A DNA stretch of 64,000 nt from an uncultured delta proteobacterium (GTDB lineage: Bacteria > Desulfobacterota > Deferrisomatia > Deferrisomatales > JACRMM01). This document shows, piece after piece, positions 56,159 through 64,000 of this stretch. A program made the translations under genes and the position numbers. Numbering within the stretch: the stretch's first letter is position 1; each line of letters begins with the position of its first letter. The notes below the pieces were generated by a model. It was not told where the DNA came from. It worked only from the letters and a program-made list of their open reading frames with translations, and did not search any database. The stretch is taken from the NCBI GenBank assembly GCA_963707045.1, contig CAVPOV010000005.1, forward strand, positions 140,313 to 204,312, in the 5' to 3' direction.

Positions 56159-57011
56159 TCGGGGTGTCGGACGGGCCGGACGAGGGTGCTTGGCCGCCCG
56201 GCCGTGGTTATATTGAATACGGAAGAGCTTGCCTGCGAGTGACCCAACCCGCAGGTGTTAGAGCTTCGGGCTATCCTCCTGGCCCGGGGCTCCTTTTTCG
56301 GTCTTTGACAGCTTGGGTTCCCCTCGGCTCTCCGGTTTCACGGGGCGGGCCGAGGGGCTCGGCCCCGGAAGGCCGCGGTCTGGAGGGTGGACGTGCCCGG
56401 GGAGGGATACCAAGTACCGGTCCCCACGCACACCGACAGCCGCCGCCGAGCCTGGGGAGGCTGCACAAGTACCGGCGCTCGCGGTAGAACCCGCCGGCGT
56501 TCCGGGGCCGTCTTCGAAACGTGTTTCTCGCTGCGCCCGTGGCTCGGAGCGCGCTGCGGAGCCTACACCACGACGCGGGGCCGACCCTCCCGGTCGGGGA
56601 GGGCGGGCGGTGGGTGGCCTGCCCGAAGCGGCCGGAAAAGGCCCATCTGATCCGACCGGACTCCAGCGGAAGGGCCGCGGCGCAGCGGGATGAAGCCATC
56701 CCGCAGGCCGTCTCGGGGGGGCCCGGTCATCGGGAGCGGCCTTCGGGTCCAGGGGCTCCAGGCGCCGGGGTGGCGGGAATCGCCCGAACCTCGGGCCCGG
56801 GGCCACGCCACGCACTCACCGGCCCGGCGCCGACGGCGAGGGGCGGTGTCAAAGGCCTCGGATGCGTTGCGGGATGACCGCCCGCGGGCGTCCGGGGCCG
56901 TATAGCGCGCGGGGTGGCCGTTGACGCCGACGGGCCCCCTGGGATAGGAAAGGAGGGTGCTGGGGCGCCGGGCGTCCCCTTGGCGCGGCGCGCAGAAGCG
57001 GGAGTGAGGCC

Positions 57012-58097
57012 ATGGCCAACGGCCGTTCCACGGTGATCGTCGGCACCGGAAGTTTCATCCCGTCGAGGACCGTCCCGAACGAAGCCTTCCTGGCGAACCG
57101 GTTCTACCTCGACTACGGCCAGCCCGTCGATCCCGGAGACAACGCGCGGATCGTCTCGAAGTTCCAGGAGATCACGGAGATCGCCGAGCGACGCTACGTC
57201 GACGACGATCTCGTGACGTCGGACATCGCCGCCGAAGCGGCGAGGAGGGCCCTGGAGTCCGGCGGCGTCGATCCCGAGAGCCTCGACTACGTGATCGTGG
57301 CCCACAACTTCGGCGACGTGAGCGCCGGGAACCCTCGCTCGGAGTTCGTGCCCACCGTGGCGGCCCGCGTGAAGCAGGCGCTGCGGATCGTCAACCCTTC
57401 CTGCATCGCGTACGACCTGCCCTTCGGCTGCCCCGGCTGGGTCCAGGCCCTGATCCAGGCCGACTACTACCTGCGCTCCGGCGACGCCGGTCGCGCGCTG
57501 GTGGTGGGTGCCGAGGTCCTGTCCCGGGTGTCGGACCCCCACGACCGCGACAGCATGATCTACTCCGACGGTGCCGGTGCCGCCGTGGTCGAGGCCCGGG
57601 AGGGGGAGGAGCGCGTCGGCATCCTCGCCCACGCCGCGCGCTCCGACACCCTGGAGCACGCGCGTCTCCTCTGGATGGACCGGTCCTACGCCCCGGACCG
57701 CGGGGACGACCGCCTCTTCCTCAAGATGCACGGCCGCAAGCTCTATGAGTACGCGCTCACCACAGTCCCCGGCGTGGTCCGCCAGAGCCTGGAGCGCGCC
57801 GGGCTCGCCTTGGGCGACGTGGACAAGGTGCTGATCCACCAGGCGAACGGGAAGATGGACGAGGCCATCCTCAAGCGGCTCTTCAAGCTCTACGGCGTGC
57901 GGGAGATCCCGGCGGGCATCATGCCCATGACCATCTCCTGGCTCGGCAACAGCTCGGTGGCGACCGTGCCGACGCTCCTCGACCTGATCCGGCGGGGCGA
58001 ACTGGAGGGGCACGCCCTCGCCGCCGGCGACGTCGTGGTGTTCGCCTCGGTCGGGGCCGGGATGAACGTCAACTCGGTGGTGTACCGCTGCCCCTGA
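57012..58097 (+). CDS. 3-oxoacyl-ACP synthase III (FabH-like KAS III family)
   Basis: 'YDLPFGCPGWVQAL' (active-site Cys), 'VLIHQANGKM' (His), 'LGNSSVATVPTLL' (Asn). 361 aa, intact. Confidence 0.85.
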   Translation: MANGRSTVIVGTGSFIPSRTVPNEAFLANRFYLDYGQPVDPGDNARIVSKFQEITEIAERRYVDDDLVTSDIAAEAARRALESGGVDPESLDYVIVAHNFGDVSAGNPRSEFVPTVAARVKQALRIVNPSCIAYDLPFGCPGWVQALIQADYYLRSGDAGRALVVGAEVLSRVSDPHDRDSMIYSDGAGAAVVEAREGEERVGILAHAARSDTLEHARLLWMDRSYAPDRGDDRLFLKMHGRKLYEYALTTVPGVVRQSLERAGLALGDVDKVLIHQANGKMDEAILKRLFKLYGVREIPAGIMPMTISWLGNSSVATVPTLLDLIRRGELEGHALAAGDVVVFASVGAGMNVNSVVYRCP

Positions 58098-58235
58098 GCG
58101 CCTTCGGCCCGAAGTTCCCGGGAACCGGAAGGACCTCCCTCCTCCCCTGAAGTCCCGCACCCGACGGCAGCCGCGCTCCCGGCTCACCGGAGCCTGTCGC
58201 AGCGGACCGGGTACCCCGGGACGCGTCCTCCCCCA

Positions 58236-58251
58236 CGGCAAGGGGATTGCA
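58236..58251 (+). promoter_or_regulatory. sigma-54 -24/-12 promoter candidate CGGCAAGGGGATTGCA
   Basis: Matches TGGCAC-N5-TTGCA at GGCA and all of TTGCA, with exact spacing. Lies ~70 nt upstream of the ATG at 58322. Confidence 0.45.
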
Positions 58252-58321
58252 TGGCAGAGGGGCGTTCCTCGGGGCGTGCCCCGCGACCCTCTCGAGCGGC
58301 CTGCGCCGCGTGACCCGGACC

Positions 58322-59695
58322 ATGCCGACCACATCCCTCCACGACGACCTCGGCTGGCTCCGGGAGGGCGGTTGCCCTGCGGAGGGCGCCAGCGCCGGGG
58401 CTCCGCAAACCTTCTCGGAGCGCGACCTGGTGCGCCTCGGGCGCGCCGTCTCCCTCGACGTCCACCGGACCCTGGGCCTGGTGCTGAAGCGGCAGTGGGA
58501 AGCCTTTCCACGGGAGCGTGGGGCCGCAGACGGTTCGCGGAGCCGGGGCCGATGGCGGGAGTTCCACGCCGGAGCCGGCCAAGCCCTGGATGCCCGGCGG
58601 CTCTTCGACCTCTTCGAGGACGAGGGGCGCTACGCCACGGGCAGCGGGTACGACCGCGAGGGTTTCGAGGGCCTCGTCCACCGGTTCGTCCTCCTGGGGC
58701 TGCACCGGCTGTCGATCCACGGGCCCGAGATGGAGGCGTTCGTCACCGCCGAAGAGGCCCAGTCGGAACTGCTCCGCGCGGCGCCGCCCCCCGAGCGGGA
58801 GGAGTACTGGCTCAAGCACTGCCACTGGCGCGAACTGGAGGACGAGGTGGGGACCCTCCTGCTCGACCTGGAGACGCGGGCGCTGGAGAACGAACGGGTC
58901 CAGCAGCAGTGGATGGAGACCTTCGGGACCGCCTTCCTCTCGCTGCTGGAGGCCGAGGTCCGCTGCGGCTCGCTCGAGCGCGGCATCCGCCGGAAGACCG
59001 AGGAGCCCGACCTCACGGCCGAGGAACTGGACCGGCTCGAGGCCGCCCACCGGCGCGAGCAGGAGCGGGAGGTCGCCCGGCTCCGCAGGCACCTTGCCCG
59101 GGCCCGGGCGGGCGGGTTCTCCGGCCCGGGGGGCATGCCGGCCGAGGAGGCGGAACTGTGGGGGTACGAGGAAGACTGCAAGCGGCTGCTCCGCGAAATC
59201 TACCGGCTGACCCATCCGGATGCCCTCGGCCGCCAAGCGTTCACAGAGGAACAGAGGGAGTTCCTGGTCGCCTGCTACCGGGAGGCCGTGGCGTGCGGGA
59301 ACGCCTCTGCCGTCGACGACGAGGAGGTGGCCCTCGGGATGCGGTCCCTGGAGTCCCTCGAGGCCATCCTGGGCCGAGCGCGGAAGGTCTGGCAGTCCAT
59401 GGGACTGGCGTGGAACGAGCAGGCCGCGATCCGGGGGGAGACCCTGGCCGAGCGGATCGCCTGGCTCGAGGCCCGGATCGTCGAACTCGAGGAGGAAGCC
59501 CGGGACGTTCGGGCGGACGTGCTCGCCGTGGCGACCGACCCGGACGTGCAAGAGAAGCGGGCCAGCATGGCCTCTCCGAGCGTCGTCGCCCGGGTGGCGG
59601 CCGAGATGGAGGTCCGGACGGCATCCTTCTCGGAGCGCGCGGTCGAACTCGAGCGCCGGCTCCAACGGCTGTTCCGGCCGGGGCGGGGCCCGTGA
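58322..59695 (+). CDS. coiled-coil protein with a J-domain-like HPD segment (457 aa; start uncertain)
   Basis: High-GC3 ORF, Glu/Arg/Leu-rich. 'CKRLLREIYRLTHPDALGRQAFTEEQREFLVACYREAV' (HPD codons at 59213-59221). No NTPase motifs. Confidence 0.6.
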   Translation: MPTTSLHDDLGWLREGGCPAEGASAGAPQTFSERDLVRLGRAVSLDVHRTLGLVLKRQWEAFPRERGAADGSRSRGRWREFHAGAGQALDARRLFDLFEDEGRYATGSGYDREGFEGLVHRFVLLGLHRLSIHGPEMEAFVTAEEAQSELLRAAPPPEREEYWLKHCHWRELEDEVGTLLLDLETRALENERVQQQWMETFGTAFLSLLEAEVRCGSLERGIRRKTEEPDLTAEELDRLEAAHRREQEREVARLRRHLARARAGGFSGPGGMPAEEAELWGYEEDCKRLLREIYRLTHPDALGRQAFTEEQREFLVACYREAVACGNASAVDDEEVALGMRSLESLEAILGRARKVWQSMGLAWNEQAAIRGETLAERIAWLEARIVELEEEARDVRADVLAVATDPDVQEKRASMASPSVVARVAAEMEVRTASFSERAVELERRLQRLFRPGRGP

Positions 59696-59747
59696 GGGGC
59701 GCCGCGACCGCCGGCCGCGGCCCTCGGCGCCGAAGGGAGGGGTGTCG

Positions 59748-61943
59748 GTGAGCGGCCGCAGCCTCGCCGGCACGCCGGGCGCGGGGACCGGGCTCGCGAC
59801 CACGCTCCAGTCCCTCGACATCCGGGTCCCCACCTCCCGGGTGTACCACACGGTGGGGGGGCACGCCCTCGGGGTGCTGGCGGCGGCGCCGAGCGCGGAC
59901 GGCACCTGCCTCGCGACGGGCGGTCTGGACGGCAACGCGATCCTGTGGGAAGCGGCCGCGATGCGGCCGGTGCGGGTGCTCGCGGGGCACCGCTCGAAGG
60001 TCCGGGCGGTGGCGTTCTCCCCGGACGGGAGCCGCGTGCTCACCGGGAGCTACGACGGGACGGCCGTCCTCTGGGACGCGGCGACCGGGGCCGCGCTGCA
60101 CACCCTCTCGGGTCACACGGCGTGGGTGCGGGCCGTCGCCTTCAGCCCGGACGGCGCCCGGGCGGCCACCGGCAGCGGCGATCGCACCGCCGCGGTTTGG
60201 GACCCCGAGACCGGCCGCAGGCTCCAGACCCTGAGGGGGCACTCGTCCTACGTCACCGCCCTGGCCTTCGGGCCCGGGGGGCGCGAGCTCCTAACCGCGG
60301 GGTGGGAGGGGACCGCGACGCTCTGGGACGTGGCCTCCGGGAGAGCGCTGCGGTCCTTCGAGGGGCACCGGTCGCCGGTCACGGCGGCCGCCTTCGCCCC
60401 CGGCGGCCTCCGCGCGGTCACCGGCGACGCCGGGGGCACCGTCCGGTTCTGGGAAGCCGGGACGGGCGGCGAGTTGGCGAGTTGCACCGGCGGCGCCTCG
60501 GGAATCGCCTCCCTGGCCTTCGACCCGGCGGGGCGCCTCCTGGTCGCCGGCGGCGACGACGGGGAGGCCGCGCTCCGAAGCGCGGAGGACGGTCGGGTCG
60601 TCCGCCGGCTCGCCGGCCACACCGGCGAGGTGCACTCGGTCTTCTTCTCCCCGGACGGGTCACGCGTCTTCACCGTGGGTGCGGACGGCCGGACGGTCCG
60701 CTGGGACGTCGGGACGGGGGTGCCCGACGGGAGCTGGCTCCACGCGCCGCCTGCGGTGGAGGGCCTCGCCGTCGGCCCCGGCGACGCCTGGGTCGCGGCG
60801 GCCTCCGCCCGGTGGGGGGTGCGGGTCTGGGACGCCCGGACCGGCAGGGCGGGTCCCGAGCTCGAGGGGCCTTCGGACCGGGTCACGTGCGTGGCCGCCA
60901 GTTCCACGGAGCCCGGCCTGCTCGCGGGCGGCGCCCGCCTGGCGGCGGTCCTGTGGGACGTGCGGACGGGAGCCAGGCTCGCCTCGTTCGACCCTCACCC
61001 GGCGCCCGTGTGCGCCCTGGCCGTGGACCCGGGCGGGCGCGTGCTCCTGGCCGGCTGCGCGGACGGCACGGCCCTGGTGTGGGACGCGGGCGCGCGCCGG
61101 CCGCTGCACCGCCTCGAAGGGCACCGGTACGCCGTGCAGGCAGCGGCCCTCGGGCCGGAGGGGCGCTTCGCCCTCACCGGAAGCGCGGACGGGCAGGCCA
61201 TCCTCTGGGACACGGCGTCGGGCCGGAAGGTGCGGACCCTCCGGGGGCACAGGTCGCCCATCTCGTCGGTGGCATTCCACCCCGACGGGGGGCGGATGGC
61301 GACCGCCGGCCGGGACGGGAAGATCGTCCTGTGGGACCTCCGCACCGGAGGGAGGGTGAGGACCGTGGAGACCGAGGGCCTCGCGGTGACGGCCCTCGGG
61401 TACGGTCCCGACGGGGCCCGGCTCGTCGCCGGGACCTCCCGCGGGAGCGTGCAGCTCTGGGACGCGGCCTCCGGCGACCGGCTGCAGGGGTTCGGAGGCC
61501 ACGGGCAGCGGGTGGGCGCGGCCTGCTTCTGCGGCGACGGCGGTCGGGTCGTGACCGGGGGCGACGACGGGACGGTGCGCTTCTGGGACGCCCGCACCGG
61601 CCGGGAACTCGCGGCGCTCCACCCGGCGGACCGGGGGTTCCTCTGGACGACGCCCCCCGACGAGGCCGCGCCGTCGGGTTGGCTCTGGACGGACCGCCCG
61701 GACCTCGTTCACGTGCTTCGCGGCACCCCGGAGGGGGACCGTGTCGAGGCGTTGGCCGACGACGACCCGGAGCGTGCGGCCTACCTCCGGCCGGGCCTGT
61801 ACAACCGCCGGGACATGGTCATGAACCGGCTGAACGACTACGAGCGGTATCGGCGGGAGATCGACGTGCTCTCGGGGCGGTTCGCCGCCCGGCAGCTCGA
61901 ACGCGCTTCGGACTTCCGCCGTCGGTTGCTGACGAGGGGGTGA
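59748..61943 (+). CDS. WD40-repeat protein, ~14 blades (two 7-bladed propellers) plus a ~110-aa C-terminal extension
   Basis: Repeated 'L.GH...V.AVAFSPDG....TGS.DGTA.LWD' units throughout. GTG at 59748 after GGGAGGGG. Confidence 0.85.
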   Translation: MSGRSLAGTPGAGTGLATTLQSLDIRVPTSRVYHTVGGHALGVLAAAPSADGTCLATGGLDGNAILWEAAAMRPVRVLAGHRSKVRAVAFSPDGSRVLTGSYDGTAVLWDAATGAALHTLSGHTAWVRAVAFSPDGARAATGSGDRTAAVWDPETGRRLQTLRGHSSYVTALAFGPGGRELLTAGWEGTATLWDVASGRALRSFEGHRSPVTAAAFAPGGLRAVTGDAGGTVRFWEAGTGGELASCTGGASGIASLAFDPAGRLLVAGGDDGEAALRSAEDGRVVRRLAGHTGEVHSVFFSPDGSRVFTVGADGRTVRWDVGTGVPDGSWLHAPPAVEGLAVGPGDAWVAAASARWGVRVWDARTGRAGPELEGPSDRVTCVAASSTEPGLLAGGARLAAVLWDVRTGARLASFDPHPAPVCALAVDPGGRVLLAGCADGTALVWDAGARRPLHRLEGHRYAVQAAALGPEGRFALTGSADGQAILWDTASGRKVRTLRGHRSPISSVAFHPDGGRMATAGRDGKIVLWDLRTGGRVRTVETEGLAVTALGYGPDGARLVAGTSRGSVQLWDAASGDRLQGFGGHGQRVGAACFCGDGGRVVTGGDDGTVRFWDARTGRELAALHPADRGFLWTTPPDEAAPSGWLWTDRPDLVHVLRGTPEGDRVEALADDDPERAAYLRPGLYNRRDMVMNRLNDYERYRREIDVLSGRFAARQLERASDFRRRLLTRG

Positions 61944-61957
61944 CGGGGAGGAGTGCC

Positions 61958-63082
61958 GTGGCGGGTCCGTTCGAGGAAGCTTCCCTGGGGCGTCTGCGGG
62001 TGCCCAACCGCTTCGTGCGGTCGGCTACCTGGGAGGGCATGGCGGGGCCCGACGGGGAGGTGACCGAGCCCCTGGTCGCCCTCGTCCGGGAGCTCGCCCG
62101 GGGCGGGGTCGGACTGATCGTCGCGAGCCACGCCTTCGTCGCACCCGGGGGCCGGGCACGGCCCCGGCAGCTGGGCCTGCACGACGACCGCACGATGGCC
62201 GGGCTCGCCCGCCTGGTCGAGGCCGCCCACGGCGAGGGCAGCCGGGTCGCGGCCCAACTCGCCCACGCCGGCTTTCACGCCGACCCCGCCGTCACCGGCC
62301 TGCCCCGGGTCGCTCCTTCCCCCCGTGTCCCGGCGGACGAGCGCGTCGCCGAGGCGCTGACCCCGGCCGGCATCTCCCGCCTCGCGCTGGCCTTCGGGCA
62401 GGCTGCGGCGAGGGCCCGGGAAGCGGGGTTCGACGCCGTGCAGATCCACGCGGCGCACACCTACCTGCTCAGCCAGTTCCTCTCCCCCTACTTCAACCGC
62501 CGCGACGACGACTACGGGGGGCCGGTGGAGAACCGCGTGCGCGCCCTCGTGGAGGTGCTGGCCGCCGTCCGCGGCGCCGTGGGGAGGGATTACCCGGTGC
62601 TCGTGAAGGTCAATTCGGCGGACTTCCTGGCGGGGGGCCTGGAGGAGGCCGACGCCGTCGAGGCGTGCCGCGTGCTCGCCCGCACGGGCGTCGACGCCAT
62701 CGAGCTCTCCGGCGGCAACCTACGGGAGCCCCGCTTCCACCCGGCGCGGCCCGGCCCCATCCCGCCGGGAGAGGAGGGGTACTACCGGGCAACGGCCCGA
62801 TCCCTGCGGCCCGGTCTCGGCTGCCCGTTGATCCTCGTGGGCGGGATCCGCTCCCTGGGAGCCGCGGAGCGGCTGCTCGCCGACGGGGTCGCCGACTTCA
62901 TCGCGCTCAGCCGTCCGTTCGTGTGCGAGCCGGGCCTCGTCCGGCGCTGGGCCGCCGGCGACCGCCGGCCCTCGCCCTGCAGGTCGGACAACCGGTGCTA
63001 CGAACCCATCCTGGCCGGCGAGGGCATCGCGTGCGTTACGCGGCGCGGGGCCCGGTCCGGCGACGACGGCCGTCGAGGGTAG
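61958..63082 (+). CDS. NADH:flavin oxidoreductase (Old Yellow Enzyme family)
   Basis: 'LRVPNRFVRSATWEG', 'AAQLAHAG', 'GFDAVQIHAAHTYLLSQFLSPYFNRRDDDYGG', 'VGGIRS'. Confidence 0.88.
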   Translation: MAGPFEEASLGRLRVPNRFVRSATWEGMAGPDGEVTEPLVALVRELARGGVGLIVASHAFVAPGGRARPRQLGLHDDRTMAGLARLVEAAHGEGSRVAAQLAHAGFHADPAVTGLPRVAPSPRVPADERVAEALTPAGISRLALAFGQAAARAREAGFDAVQIHAAHTYLLSQFLSPYFNRRDDDYGGPVENRVRALVEVLAAVRGAVGRDYPVLVKVNSADFLAGGLEEADAVEACRVLARTGVDAIELSGGNLREPRFHPARPGPIPPGEEGYYRATARSLRPGLGCPLILVGGIRSLGAAERLLADGVADFIALSRPFVCEPGLVRRWAAGDRRPSPCRSDNRCYEPILAGEGIACVTRRGARSGDDGRRG

Positions 63083-63189
63083 TGCCCGATTGTTGCATGG
63101 AGCAGCGGCAGCGTGTCCCGCGCCGGCCCGGCGGCCGGAGCCGGCTCGGGGCCTCCCTTCGCCCACCCTTCGGCCGAGGAGGAATCCCG

Positions 63190-63552
63190 ATGGCGACCCA
63201 AGACCGGTGCTGCACGATCGTCCCGTACTTCAAGGTCAAGGCGGGCAGGCTCGAGGCGTTCCGGGCCCTTTGCGAACGATTCGTCGATCGGACGAGGGAC
63301 GAACCCAAGTGCCTCTACTACGGGTTCGGCTTCGACGGCGACCAGGCCCACTGCCGCGAGGGGTACGAGGACGCCGAGGGCCTCCTGGCGCACCTGCAGA
63401 ACGTGGGCGCACTCCTGAAGGAGGCCCTCGAGATCGCCGACATCACCCGCTTGGAGGTCCACGGCCCCGCGGCGGAACTGGCCAAACTGCGCCAGCCCCT
63501 GGCCGACCTGAAGCCGCAGTACTTCACCCTGGAGTACGGGTTCCGGCGGTAG
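63190..63552 (+). CDS. antibiotic-biosynthesis-monooxygenase (ABM)-like small protein
   Basis: 120 aa; 'VPYFKVKAGRLEAFRALCERFV...EPKCLYYGF...EGYEDAEGLLAHL' follows the ABM ferredoxin-like fold pattern. Confidence 0.6.
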   Translation: MATQDRCCTIVPYFKVKAGRLEAFRALCERFVDRTRDEPKCLYYGFGFDGDQAHCREGYEDAEGLLAHLQNVGALLKEALEIADITRLEVHGPAAELAKLRQPLADLKPQYFTLEYGFRR

Positions 63553-63582
63553 GGAAGCCTTCCGGGAAAGGGAAGGGTCGGC

Positions 63583-63620
63583 CCCCGGCTCGTGCCCCCT
63601 GCCGGCGGCACGAGCCGGGG
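63583..63620. terminator. 14-bp perfect GC hairpin (CCCCGGCTCGTGCC/GGCACGAGCCGGGG) between convergent genes
   Basis: Read directly. Sits between the stop at 63552 (+) and the stop at 63629 (-). Confidence 0.5.
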
Positions 63621-63628
63621 CGAACGCG

Positions 63629-63808
63629 CTAGGCCTCGTCCTCGGGAACGGGAGCGTCCACGGGACAGGCGTCGCTGCACGCGCCGCAGTCCACGCAGAG
63701 CTCGGCGTCGACGGCGTAGACCGGCTCCGCCTCGCGGACGGCCTCCACGGGGCAGACGTCGACACAGTCGCCGCAGCACTCGCACTTCTCGGTGATGACA
63801 TACGCCAT
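63629..63808 (-). CDS. 2x[4Fe-4S] ferredoxin
   Basis: 'MAYVITEKCECCGDCVDVCPVEAV...CVDCGACSDACPV' gives two CxxCxxCxxxCP clusters. GGAGG SD. Confidence 0.9.
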   Translation of the reverse strand: MAYVITEKCECCGDCVDVCPVEAVREAEPVYAVDAELCVDCGACSDACPVDAPVPEDEA

Positions 63809-64000
63809 GGTTCGGTTCCTCCGTCTCGCTGTGGCCCTGGGGGCGTTCGGCACCGGGCAGGGAAGGCCCGAGTGCGAGAAAGTCACGGTTCCCCGAGAGT
63901 GTCCGCCGCGCCTGCGGGACCTCCCTTCCCTGGGGCTGCGGCGGGACGAAGCAACTGCCGTGCCAGTTTCGGGACCGTGGGGCGGTGGGACCGCCTCGCT

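Noticed and set aside
56305-56310. Perfect TTGACA -35 hexamer.
   Set aside because: No acceptable -10 lies 16-18 bp downstream on either strand, so it is an isolated match.
56159-57011. Possible RNase P RNA, tmRNA, SRP RNA or tRNA in the large non-coding gap (for example 'AGUCCGG' and 'GAACCCAAGCU' on the minus strand, 'CGAUUCCCGCC' T-arm-like at 56768-56790, 'CCGGAAGG' at 56363-56372).
   Set aside because: The P4 halves are not complementary and GAGGAAAGUCC is absent. The T-arm-like string cannot form a 5-bp stem with a 7-nt loop, and a tmRNA body would run into the FabH-like CDS. The SRP AGCA/GGAA context is missing. The identity of the region stays open (see findings).

Overview
High-GC (~70%) chromosomal segment from a Gram-negative bacterium. 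The gene order (kdsB-pyrG-kdsA-kdsD-kdsC-lptC-lptA-lptB-rpoN-hpf-ptsN-hprK-rapZ-PTS) and a MopE-type Cys/Asp motif suggest a Desulfuromonadota/Myxococcota-like lineage; this is inference only. Layout: (i) 0.6-20.3 kb is a long co-directional housekeeping block (KDO/LPS export, sigma-54, PTS regulation with a complete mannose-type PTS, metK-ahcY-icd), with many junctions coupled by GTGA/ATGA overlaps. (ii) 20.4-27.5 kb holds envelope and miscellaneous genes (TlpA-like, a CPBP protease/HEAT membrane trio, glgA, a K+ channel, nfi). (iii) 27.7-36.8 kb is a lower-GC accessory patch with a 1,903-aa secreted SBBP/Ig-like/dockerin-like protein, an FGE-sulfatase lipoprotein and low-complexity secreted proteins. 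(iv) 36.8-41.4 kb holds azlCD, nitroreductase, flavin reductase, a CheR-like gene and a flavodiiron protein. (v) 41.5-54.0 kb is a contiguous recC-recB-recD-sbcD-like-sbcC-like block. (vi) 54-64 kb is an accessory region with a lipoprotein, an S1/P1-like protein, an unexplained 850-bp non-coding stretch, a FabH-like KAS III, a J-domain-like coiled-coil protein plus a ~14-blade WD40 protein behind a sigma-54-like promoter, an OYE reductase, an ABM protein and a ferredoxin. I saw no rRNA, tRNA, CRISPR array, IS element or integrase. Caveat: at least 15 conserved genes are broken by clustered frameshifts, while 5.7-kb and 8.7-kb stretches of other ORFs are unbroken. I read these as assembly or polishing indels, not biology. 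Coordinates of the broken genes are reconstructed spans. The most interesting candidates are the J-like/WD40 module, the 56.2-57.0 kb non-coding region, the giant adhesin-like locus and the rec/sbc supercluster.
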